NCBI GenBank assembly: GCA_964187785.1
Contig: OZ076409.1
Coordinates: 29,824,001 to 29,888,000, forward strand
Source: Amphiscolops sp. MND2022
Taxonomy: Eukaryota
Reading direction: 5' to 3'
DNA length: 64,000 nucleotides
The notes under the pieces: generated by a model
Told to the model about the DNA's origin: nothing
The model's database searches: none
What the model saw: the letters and a program-made list of their open reading frames with translations, nothing else
Part shown: one piece after another, positions 47,915 to 58,939 of the stretch
Layout of the letters: each line of letters starts with the position of its first letter
Numbering within the stretch: position 1 is the first letter of the stretch
Translations under genes and position numbers: made by a program

Positions 47915-48573
47915 TCCACTGGAACATGCAGCTATCTACGTTTTGAGATCTGGTATTGACCATCTTTGAATCTTCGAAAGGAATTGTTGTTTTTGAAGGT
48001 TTATTGATTTTAATAGGAAATATGAATAGTCAAGTTTCGACTAAATCAATGACGTAAGCAACACTACGTTAGGCTGTGTAAAACTTCGTACTGATGATAC
48101 TTCAACTCTTGTCGCAAATTTCACTGCAGTTGGTCACGTGACCGCATTGGCCAATAGTAGTGCGCTATTGATTAGGTGTTAATTGGTGCGTCCTGCTGGT
48201 AGCAACGTAAATGGTGTTTTGTACAAAAGGTAGCACCAATATGTTACCATGGTTACATGAATCATCTATCATTTGCGTTGGTTGATACAAATTGCGTCTA
48301 TGATGGTGCACTACCAACGTTATATATGATACTACATTTTACTGATGAAATTAAATATGGTGAAAGCACTTGTACGAAGCGTGTAATGAGTAAATGATGT
48401 CAACGTTTACAATTCGTTTTTTATTTTAGGAAGTAATAATAATGATGGGATAGGCCCGTCATTGTTCAATGGTAATTTATGGTTATTGAAATATCAAGAG
48501 TATTATCTTTAACTGAGTTTTTTAAATGTTTAGATTGTTTTTTATCAGTTTCATTCATGCTTCCGGCATGACA
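47647..48573 (-). repeat. 5' LTR (927 bp)
   Basis: Copy of 32923-33854 with a 5-bp deletion; PBS adjacent. Confidence 0.95.
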
Positions 48574-48585
48574 GATGTGATAATA

Positions 48586-48966
48586 CAGTGTGTGACGCTG
48601 AGAAGTTGATAAACGACATTCAATATTCAAAAACCAATGAGGTGAAATATTGAAGACACATTCAAAATTCCCAAAATGATACTCAATTTCAGTAATCCCT
48701 CAGCGGACCACTGCTCACATACTGCTGGTATTTAAGATTGAAAGTTTGCGCCGCTATGCAAAACAGCATTTTTATTCTTTCTGCCTTTCCAGTAGCATGA
48801 TAAAGCGTATGTATGCTAATCTTGAAAGTCTATTTTGGTAAAACTTGAATGGTTATTTGTGAAAAGTTGATTGTCTATTTTATTTAATTATGCAATCACA
48901 AACAAGCTGCTGCCGAGCGGTTCAAGTTTTGCATGTCGTTTATCAACTTAGCAGCGTCACACACTG
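48586..48966. mobile_element. Tc1/mariner-type MITE
   Basis: ~34-bp TIRs CAGTGTGTGACGCTG..AAGTTGATAAACGACAT, TA on both flanks. Confidence 0.85.
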
Positions 48967-49233
48967 TAGTGTTACCAATTGGCTGGGAGGAAAAACATTA
49001 AGGACATAAATTTTTTTTATTTTTTAGTCGTCATTTAATTCAACGAGAATGTTAATTTTAGATCTTAATTCAACAACGAACCCAGATCTTAGTTCACTGG
49101 CATCTCGGTTTCCAACAGCCGATAACCACCACAGTATGACCATCTAAACTCTGAAAGTTAGAATTTAGATAGAAAGGGAGTAACATTGATGTATCGACGA
49201 TTAAAAACCAAGTGTCAATGTTGAAAATTTTTA

Positions 49234-49272
49234 TTGTAAACGTTTTCGCAGTTCAACTGCATCATCAGACAT
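49234..49272 (-). ncRNA. Minimal hammerhead ribozyme (Penelope pLTR type)
   Basis: Reverse complement of the 49922-49960 motif. Confidence 0.65.
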
Positions 49273-49921
49273 CTAAAAATAGATCAAATAAAACAACTAA
49301 ATAAGCAAAAAGCATCGTGAAAATCGGAATAAAGTCATATAGAGTTAGAAACGTCAAATCTTTAGTGTCAGTTGACGCTGTCTGAACTCGTCGCGTTGAT
49401 TTAAGGCGGGATTAAGTCGGTCGATGTATAGAGCTTCCAAAGTGAGAAGCTTCGATGCATTCCGTATTCTGTCCAATATCTTGGCTGATGGAAAAGTAAC
49501 ATTTGGAGCACATTTTCAAGATGTTGTGAAACAGGTGCACTGGATCGCTGGTGCTCATGCAGTCGTGTCGTAAGATGTCGCACTGTTTGGCCAACATAGC
49601 TGGAGTCACATCCAGGACATTTTATGCAATAGACGACACAACTACAGAGATCGCCAGTAATCTTTCGACAACATCTTGAAAATGTGCTCCAAATGTTACT
49701 TTTCCGACAGCCAAGATATTGGACAGAACACGGAATGCATCGAAGCTTCTCACTTTGGAAGCTCTATACATCGACCGACTTAATCCCGCCATAAATCAAC
49801 GCGACGAGTTCAGACAGCGTCAACTGACACTAAAGGTTTGACGTTTCTAACTCTATATGACTTTATTCTGATTTTCACGATGCTTTTTTGCCTATTTAGT
49901 TTTTATTTGATCTATTTTTAG

Positions 49922-49960
49922 ATGTCTGATGATGCAGTTGAACTGCGAAAACGTTTACAA
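49922..49960 (+). ncRNA. Minimal hammerhead ribozyme (Penelope pLTR type)
   Basis: CTGATGA - stem GCAG/CTGC - GAAA - palindromic AAACGTTT - then AATAAA. Confidence 0.65.
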
Positions 49961-50275
49961 TAAAAGTTTTCAACATTGACACTTAATTTAGATTTTAGAA
50001 GTTGGGAATTAAATTACAATAAAATTCCCCGAAAATCTCGCAAATTGCAACCTAACTGGCGGGGTTAGGAATTGCGGTACCGAAAAGAATCCTTAATACA
50101 ACCTTTTTCAGAATAAAGACACTAATATTATATTCATTTCTGATATATCCAGATGGGAAAGATCCAAAATTATCCAAAGAAAAAAAAATGAACAATTTTT
50201 GTATCGAATTTGAAAGTTCTATCAAGGAAAAATTACCACCCGTGCTGACAACCCAAGGCAACCCACCGGTCATTA

Positions 50276-51287
50276 GAGTGCACAGGCAAGCCTTATTTGC
50301 TCAAAGCGCAACACAGTGCTTTCAATGTCTTGGACTCCACAACCATACATTTAACCCTGCAAAATTGGAAAATTACGTCATTTGTCCCGGATTCCACGGA
50401 TTTAGTCGTGGATTCCAGTAACAAATGCTTAGCTGTACGAACTGTCAGCATGCAGCGGTGTCCCGGATTCCACAAAAACGTAAGTTTTGCGAAATGAACC
50501 AATCAGATTGCAGAAATCATAAATTTCCTGGATTCCACGACTTTATGCTTGACGCGATACGCGGCATCTCTTCTTGAATTAAATTCAAGTGGAAGACTGA
50601 ACAAACATATTATTATGCACTACTTTTCGTATAATAATTCAAAATGATTCAGACAATTACACCAATATCACTCAAAATTTTTAGATTTTTCAGTTTAGTA
50701 CCAGTTTTGAACAAACTGCCAGATCATCACAATCTGCCATTATTTGATGACATGCTTTAATTTTGGTACCAGTCATGAGTATCTCTATTCGTACTTCTTG
50801 GATTTTTCGTGTCAATCAAAACAATTTCCTTTGATATAAGATTGATTTAATTCAAGTTCTTCTGCCTTTCCAATAATGATCATGCAAAATGAATATTAAA
50901 TAACACAAACATTCGTATTTTTCAGTTTAGTACCAGTTTTGAACAAACTGCCAGATCATCACAATCTGCCATTTTTTAATGACATGCTTCATTTTTGGTA
51001 CCAGTCACGAGTATCTCTATTCGTACTTCTTGGATTTTTCGTGTCGATCAAAACAGTTTCCTTTGATATAAAATTGAAATAATTTAAAATGATTACTCAA
51101 AATCAGCGGACCAATCAGAGAGCAGCGGCAAAAGTGTCATTATAGCAGCAGTATTGGCGTGGAATCCAGGACAACACTGTCGTAGAAACCAAGACGCGCT
51201 TAACATCAAAGAGAAATTTTGTCCTGGATTCAACGACTTTTCTCAATTTTCGTGTCCCGGATTCCAAAATAGCTTGCCTGTGCACTG
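50276..51287. mobile_element. ~1-kb TA-flanked MITE with subterminal TGTCCCGGATTCCA motifs and an internal 232-bp-period duplication
   Basis: TIR (C/G)AGTGCACAGGCAAGC at both ends with TA flanks. Internal duplication ~50685-50845 / ~50917-51076. Confidence 0.65.
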
Positions 51288-51349
51288 TAATGGTGGCCTA
51301 TGCACTTCCCATCGCAGCCCGCGGTGGCCAGGACACATTTTGTGGTGGT

Positions 51350-51720
51350 CAGGGGTGGACCACCGGTGTGGAAAAACTTCATATTGTATACAAAATATTG
51401 CAAAAATCGTGACGCGAACCTGTATTAATTTCGTTGACACTCCAGCATTTACCTCTGCGCTATCAGTTTTTGCAATTTGTTTGTTTTGCCTGAGCTATAT
51501 TTGTTCTTCAGCATTTCCTACATCGCGGCTCGCGTACACGCGGTGCCAAAATAGTATCAATTGCTGCAGTACTTCTTGAGTGCAAAGTAACTTTTTGAAA
51601 ATTTAAATAATCTTCGGATGCCACGATGAAATAATAATTTTCAATGATTTCCCATAATTCACAATTCATTTTTTGAAATAGTGACTGATTATCCAAAATT
51701 GTCACCGGTGGTTTGCAGTG
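51350..51720. repeat. Diverged dispersed repeat, homologous to ~31790-32160
   Basis: See partner copy. Confidence 0.6.
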
Positions 51721-53152
51721 GAGTGTCAGTACTGGCAACGCATTTCTTGCAAGAATTCCAAACGATTCCACGCAAATGCAATGTTATCATAATCTAATAA
51801 GAAATTCATCATATTTTTGTAAGAAATATCAATCTTGCAAAATATGCTGTTCCTGTACAAACTTGGAAAACTCTGCTAGAAATGCATAATTGCAAAATTT
51901 GTGATTTTCGAAATTATATTATTTCGTTCACGCTACAGTGATTACAGTGATTTCAATTCCACCGTGTCCATCGATGATGTGGAGTTGTAACTCTTAAACT
52001 GAGATGTGTTGTACTGCAAGTCAAACTACAAAATTTCTGATTGTAAAATTTTCTAATTTATGCTCTTGTCACAAATGGAATGAATAATTCTACTACCTGG
52101 TTGTAACTCGAAGAAATAGGACCTTTTTGTCTAATTTTTCATCAGAAGCTAATTACACAGAAAAAGTGATAGAAAATTTAATAACAAGCCCATTGACTTA
52201 GTGATTATAATGCTATTTTATGGAATGTCTTGTAGCACCGCCAATTCCCTTGAGGTAATCCCTCAGGTGCAAATTAGGTAAGAAAAAACTCTGACCTGAA
52301 AAAGAATCTCGCTTTCCGAGTTCACTTCACGTTAATTCAATTCAAATCGTTTTCACATATAATGAATTCAGTCAAACTTATGTCCTCAAGTAGAGGTACT
52401 TTCAGAAAATTGAAGTTTTTGGTCAAATAATCATGGCGTTAGGAAAGCATTCTAGTTTACGATCGTTAAAGCAATTGGTAATCATTCGTTTTTCTTATAA
52501 GCATCAGAAATTGCAAATAAAATTCTTAATTCATCATCGATGATAAATTAATTGTTGTGGCGTGGCTTTGATTACTTTACGTTTTTCCATGAAGAAGATC
52601 GAAATTAGCCTATTTTTCAAAGCATATGCCATATGATTCTTGCCATTGCTATCATTTTGTGCGCTAAATCATCACACTTCGTGGAAGATATATTTTAAGA
52701 AACGAATTAGGTTTCGTGGAGCGGGTGCATATTTTTTTCAAAATGAGTGGTTGGAACTGCTTGAAGATATTGTGAGTAGATTTTAAGCAGAAGCGTAAAA
52801 CTAGAATCAGAAATTGCAAATAAAATTCTTAGCAGAAAAGCAGCGTGGCCTTTTTTTAAGCCAGTTATGCGGCGGGAATTTTTTTGAAATCATGCTCTTC
52901 TGTGGTCATTTCAGGTTTCATCCTAAGCATTTTTACTTTGGTAGATAAGACTTAGTAATCAGTATGATAGATTTGATATAACGAAAGGATTGAAGCGCTT
53001 GGAAGGACTATTAACAATGAGAAGAAGCATCTATTGAGAAAAAATCAGAAGTGAAATAAACACAAGATTGCATGAAACGAGGCGTTCTATCTGCGTAGGT
53101 TTTCAGAGAACCTGAATTTGTGTATTTCGCCATAGAACTAAAAGTGCAAATT

Positions 53153-53854
53153 CCCAATTCTCGAAGCCATGAAACGCTTGCCATGATCATGGCTAATCTT
53201 GCTAAATCATGGTTAACCATGATACGTGGAACGCTTGTCAAGATCATGGCACGATCTTGATTAGATAACGATGGTTCTTATCAAGGATATGTCAAAAAAA
53301 TCAAAAAAAATATCTTCAGTTATTGACCGTGTCCCAACTAATTCGGAGGCCTGTCTATGAATGAGGGGACCAGGATTAATATCTAAAATCCAAAACACGT
53401 CAGAAATTCGAAATGTCTGAAATGTCTAAAAATCCGTCAAACAACTTTTAAAATTTCTTTAAAAAACGTCCAATATGTGTTATAACGTCAAATAACGTTT
53501 ACAAATCGGCAAGATCACGGGCCGAACATTTGAGTGTCATCACTCGCTTGGAAAATTCCACCGATGAAATTCTGGACAAAGATCTTTTGACAATTACCAT
53601 TGTAGAAATGTGTAAACTAAAGTTCTCACTCAAAAAGCTCTTATTAGTAGGCATTTGCTACCACTTTGGAACCTAGTGGGAACTTTGATCTGAGTGAGAT
53701 ATGTAGATGAATACCTAAAAGTTGAGTGCAGAATTGTCCAAAAAACTCATTTGCTACCATGGAATCCTTGGCAAGATCATGGTAAGATCTTCGCAATGCC
53801 AGCAAGGAACTTGTCATGGATCTTAGCAGGGGTACCATGGCTTTGAACACTGGG
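53153..53854. mobile_element. Possible non-autonomous DNA transposon with CCC...GGG ends and CATG-rich subterminal repeats
   Basis: Imperfect TIR CCCAATTCTCGAAGCCATG / CATGGCTTTGAACACTGGG; TT on both flanks. Confidence 0.4.
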
Positions 53855-54035
53855 TTACCGGCAAAATACTCAAGATTCAAGACTCAAGACAACAAAATTA
53901 GCTTGTCATATTTTCTCCAAGAAGCAATTCAAGAAGTTTCTTTGAAAAATGTCCAAAAATACAAAATGAGCCAAAACGTTTCAAATATTTCAAGTTTGGA
54001 AACATTTCTTGAGGTTCATTGGCTATGCTTGATCC

Positions 54036-54242
54036 TGTTAAGAATTCTTGGTTTACTTTAAAACAATGTTGGTGGCAAAGAGTTTTCTTTCGACAATTCT
54101 GTATCAATGTATCCAAATGTAATGAGATCTTCTAGGTAAAAAAGAATAGTAACATAAATGTGACAGAAATTAGAGTTTGTTATCAAATGTTTAAACAACT
54201 CTCTGCCTAAAGTAGTTCCATCTATGACCTCTACATTCCACA
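54036..54242 (-). repeat. 3' LTR
   Basis: Homologous to 62918-63079; PPT adjacent. Confidence 0.88.
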
Positions 54243-54898
54243 TTCCCCCTCCTCCGGGTGAATTCCGTTTCAGCTGGTAGTAATTGATGGTGGTTCCAAA
54301 TTAATCGGTTGAAGTTTTTGTGCTCTACTGTTTTCCGTATTTCACGGTTGATCGTCCGTATTTCACGGTTGCTTCTCTCCTCAATTTGCTGTCGACTCGG
54401 TTGGCTGGTTTGGCTTTCCTGTAGCAATAAACTATTATTTATTTTTCTTTTATTGTTATTTGTGGAATATGGGATACCGCGTAATTTTTCGGTTTTTATA
54501 GCGTTGGGTATTCTTTTCGACTTTCTCACCGTTTGTTGTGGTTCATTTATTAATGGATTCGTTTTTATACCTGTTTCTGGGGTTAGGTTAGTCTCCTTGG
54601 GTAGCAATTATAGTTCATCGTCTACATTGGCGTGGACGGGTTTTCCTTCGCTGGTATTATAGCATTGGAATTCGTCGTCGGATACCATGCTCAAATCCAG
54701 GTCCATCGGTTTTCCCATCGACTTGTCGGGACTTGTGAACTGGCCTCTTTCATTGCGTGGCTGATCTTTCCTCTTCAGCCAGTCTGCGCTGCTCTCTGTG
54801 TTCTCCGGTTTCGGTGCTTCTTTTCTACGGTATAGGCAGGCGTTTTCCACCGTCTCTGAGCATGTCGGTTTTACGGCCGTTGTTGTCAGTCTGGTGTT

Positions 54899-57800
54899 GA
54901 TTGGGGTACGAGCGGAGCGAGATTGCCCATATGGTGACGTTTTTGAGGCTTCGAGCGAGCGAAGCGAAGCGACGAAGTCTCTATTGTTCCGCGTTTACTA
55001 GCGTTTTGGTTTTTTTTTCGCGTGACATACCCTCTGCATTTGTATTAATTGAAGGCTATTTTCTCAGAGCCTATTTTTCCGCGACCATCCAAACTTTCCA
55101 AAAAGAAACGCAACTTGATGCTCTTTCTAACCGTGTAAAAACTTTCCGAAAATTTTCCACCGGCGCGATTTTATTAGCTTCGAAAGCGCGAAATTTTCGA
55201 AAATTTTTAGGGTTTTGTCGATTTTGCTATTTTTCTTTTCGCAAATCACAGCGAATTGGCCCGATGTAGGTACTAACCAACGTGAAACGATGTTTTCTTT
55301 AATTTGGTGAAAGGTTTTTTATCCTAGAATTATTGGGCTTTGCGAAAATGACCATTAAAAATAGGAAAAATTTTCGGTTTTTTTGCGTAAAAAATTTCTC
55401 AACCTATTTTCAAGTAGCAATCAGTTCTAATCCGAGCAGTGGTGTTTCTACTCGATAACAGGTCTGCTTAGCTGCCCAAAGTTAGAAATTGGAAAGTCAC
55501 AACGTTTACGTCGGACAGATAGAGACAAAAAAGTTTTCAAATTTTTTGAATTTTTGATAAATTGCTCACTTTATTCAATTTTGTAAAAGTTTTGGCCTAT
55601 TTTCTCGGAGCCTAATACTTCGAGACCATCCAAAAACCCAACAAATTGTTGGAACTGAGTTTGTTGGTGAAGATTTAAATGTTGTTGGATTTTCGGGCAG
55701 TGAGAAAATAGCGATTCAATATCGAAAATTTTTTTGGAATAAATTTTTTTCGAAAATTTTGGAGCTTTCACTAATTTTGCTCATTTCTACATTACAAACA
55801 ACGTCGACCCGGCATAAAATACGTCCTATCCGACTTCTTTCACATGTTTAAAGTTTCAATGTGCTACATTTTTTAGTGATTGAGAAAATGGCGCATGAAA
55901 TTCTGAAAATTTACGTTTTTTCCCAATTTTTTCCAAGCTTTTTTCTGTTAATAGTTCTGTTCATTTTTGATTTTTTGGCCGTTTTCTCACAAGGGATTGC
56001 TTCAAGACGATTCGAAAAACAGCAATATTTTGTTCTTTAGCAGTTTTTCTAGAAATTTTTGGCCGGTGCGTATTAATAACGAAATACGAAAACCGCAAAT
56101 TTTTATTTTTTTTTGCAGACTTTGCTCCTTTCCTGTAATCAAACCACTTGGAACCGCGGCAGTGTAGGAACTGACCGTCATTCAGGACTGTGATATTAGC
56201 CTGGATAAAAGAATTCATTGATACGCGAATTTGCCGTCGGAAATAGTTTACGAGCCGATTTTTACTAGTTATCGGTTCAATGGGATCTCATCATTTCCGC
56301 TCAAACCATATAGTCCTAAGACTGTAGGCGAAAAGCTCGAAGCAATTAGATGCATGCGGAAAGTACTCGAATAGACGAGATAATTGCGCTGTGGAACGTC
56401 TTTCTACGCAAATTTGGGTTTTTTCTCAAACAATTAAACTTCATACATTAAAGGTCGTTCGTGGTGCGGGCCTTCTGATTCTTTTCGAGTAATACTCGGA
56501 TCGCAATCAGTAAAACGAGAAAACCACCCACAGGTCGTTAAAGGTGCGGGCCTACTATTCTGTGAGGAATAGTGAAACGAGAAAACCGGTTTATGAGCAC
56601 ATTACGAGGTAACGTCCAAAATTAGCATTTGGTTCGACTGTTATTAGATTATCTCTTATTCAAATGTTAAATCGGTTATTCAAATTCCTGTTTTTTCGTG
56701 GATTGATTAGTTATTGATGATGTAGTTGTTTGAAGCGTAAAACCGCGAAATTTCCGTTCTTAACGTATTCTATCCAGTGAATATCTGCACAGAAGGTATT
56801 AGGCATTACCGCAATATTCCTGAGAGATTTGATGTCATATGCAACGATTAAATCAAGACAACACTAAGTTATATTCACACCTCGCTGTGCAATGATATTC
56901 AACTACGTTGTATTGAAAACAAAAATGATTTCGGATCTTTTCGTGATTTTGCTCCATTCGCAAATTTTAACAGGTTATTCATCCTCTGGAATACGTTTCC
57001 AACGGTGCCCACTGATGCTGGAAGGTTGTTTGATGCACAATTCAGCTAATTTTTAGAACTGAAAGTATACTTGCTAGTGATGGCACATATCAACCCTCCT
57101 ATTGATAACTAGGGCAGCCCTTCCTTTTATATAGTGGTAAAGGCCGAAAAAGTTAAGCTTCATAGGATTAATACCCGCAATTCTTTCATTGTGGGCAATT
57201 TCATTGTATTTTGAGCATTCTCGTGCCGTATATAACCTTAGCTATTCGTCATAGCTAATAACTTGGTAATATGGTTCAAATGCACATGATGATAGTCAAT
57301 TATGGCTGCGGGACCTGTCGCTCGAAGCCGTGCGCAAATTCCTTTGCGCCTATGTTTTTTTTTCGCAGATTTCGTGACATGTGCCAACTTTTCAAATTTG
57401 GGCGGCAAATTTCTCAAAACCCATAACAGATACGGACACCATGTTTCCGCTAAAAGTTTTGCAGGTTCCTGGGCTACATTTTCGTTGGAAAAAACTTTCG
57501 AAAAAAAATCGGCTTTATGGTTTTTTTTTAAAAAGTTTTGAAAAAACGCTATTTTTGACTATTTTTTATGTTTGAACCCCGATTTCTCAGAACCAGGATC
57601 AAATACAGGGTCCATGGTTTCGTGTAATTTACAAGCGTTTCATAGGCTACATTTTCGCTCAAAATTGGCGTCAATTTTTTTTCAGACTTCGTTTTTTGGG
57701 CAAAAAAATGGATGAAAAAAAATGTCGAAAAATTTTCTCATTTGTAGCTCATATTTCTCAAAACTGACGAAAGATACAGAAACCATTCTCCCTCAAGACA

Positions 57801-58938
57801 AACAGCAAGGATGTAAGCTAGGTTTTGTACCAACATAGTTTCCGTCATCACGTATGACGCGTTCGTTTTTCTGCTAAAAATACTTGTTTTTTTTGAAAAA
57901 TTTTCCTATATATTTTATACTTGAGCCCCTATATCTCAAGACCGAGAACAAATACGCAGTCCATGGTTTCGTAATTTGTACTAAGGCTCAGTAGGCTGCG
58001 TTTAAAACCAATAATGACGTCGAATTTTTTTGCTCCGTTTTTTTGGGCAAATAAAGGGATGAAGAAAAAATTCGAAAAATTTCCCATTTTTTCATAACTT
58101 GTAATGGATTTTCCTCAGAACTGAAAAGTGATACGAAAAACCTTTGTCCAAGCCAAAAGTTGGGTAGAATCTTTGGCTACCTTTTCGTTGAAAAAATGTT
58201 TCAAAAAGAATTCGGCCTCCTGGTTTTTTTGAAAAAAGTTTTGAAAAAACGCAACTTTTTTAGAGTGTTATCTTTCTTCCCTTAATTCTCAAAACCGAGA
58301 CCAGATACAGAAACCATTCTTCCTCAAGACAAATAGCAAGGATGTGGGCTTTTTTGTACTAATCAAGTTTTTGTCATCAAGTATGACGCCTTCGTTTTTC
58401 TGCTAAAAATACTTGATTTCTTTTTTACTCGAGCTTGTATATCTGTATCCTGTATATCAGGACCGAGAACGAATACGGAGTCCATGGTTTCGTAATTTGT
58501 ATGAGGGTTCAGTAGGCTATGTGTAAAGGTAAAAATGACGTCGACTTTTTTTCGCTCTGGTATTATTGGGCAAATAAATGGAAGAAGAAAAAATTCGAAA
58601 AAAATTCCATTTTTTCCCAAATTGTAACTGATTTTTCTCAGAAGTGAAAGTAGATACGAAAACCATTCTCCCTCACAGAGTTATGCAAAGATGTAGGCTA
58701 GTTCTTGTACTATCAAACTTTCCGTCATCAAATATGACGCCTGCGTTTTTCTGCTAAAATTACAATTTTCATTTTTCTCAAACTTCAATTTCTCACCTTT
58801 CTTTCTAGTTCTTTCATCTAAATTTTCTTGATCTGAGACTAGATAAGTTCACTAGGTTTTGGAACCTCTAGCACCTTATGCAGACCATTGAACGTTTCTG
58901 CTCGTGCCCAAGCGCGACATGCCGTCGCGCCTATGTTT
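54899..58938 (+). mobile_element. Outer Helentron/HINE-like element inserted in the integrase tail
   Basis: 5' GGGTACGAGC (54904) and 3' GCTCGTGCCC (58900), followed by stem-loop GCGCGACATGCCGTCGCGC and CTATGTTT. Internal degenerate tandem repeats at ~57590-58760. Confidence 0.65.
54941..57356 (+). mobile_element. Inner HINE-like element nested in a T-run of the outer one
   Basis: 5' GGCTTCGAGC with nearby partial IR. 3' GCTCGAAGCC (57320), followed by stem-loop GCGCAAATTCCTTTGCGC and CTATGTTT. Confidence 0.7.
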
Positions 58939-58939
58939 C

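Larger units (their letters stand above)
32923..48573 (-). mobile_element. 15.65-kb Ty3/Gypsy LTR retrotransposon with ~7.5-kb region between pol and 3' LTR
   Basis: Near-identical LTRs 32923-33854 and 47647-48573 (TGTCA...TGACA). Perfect TSD GATGT (32918-32922, 48574-48578). PBS TGGTGACAGGAGT (tRNA-Leu-like); PPT AAAGAGGGGGAG (33855-33866). Confidence 0.95.
49210..49984 (-). mobile_element. Penelope-like retroelement fragment (GIY-YIG C-terminus) with inverted pseudo-LTR
   Basis: Minus strand encodes VVYCIKCPGCDSSYVGQTVRHLTTRLHEH...LLTLEALYIDRLNPALN (with a frameshift). Arms 49210-49527 and 49668-49984 are inverted copies. Confidence 0.88.
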
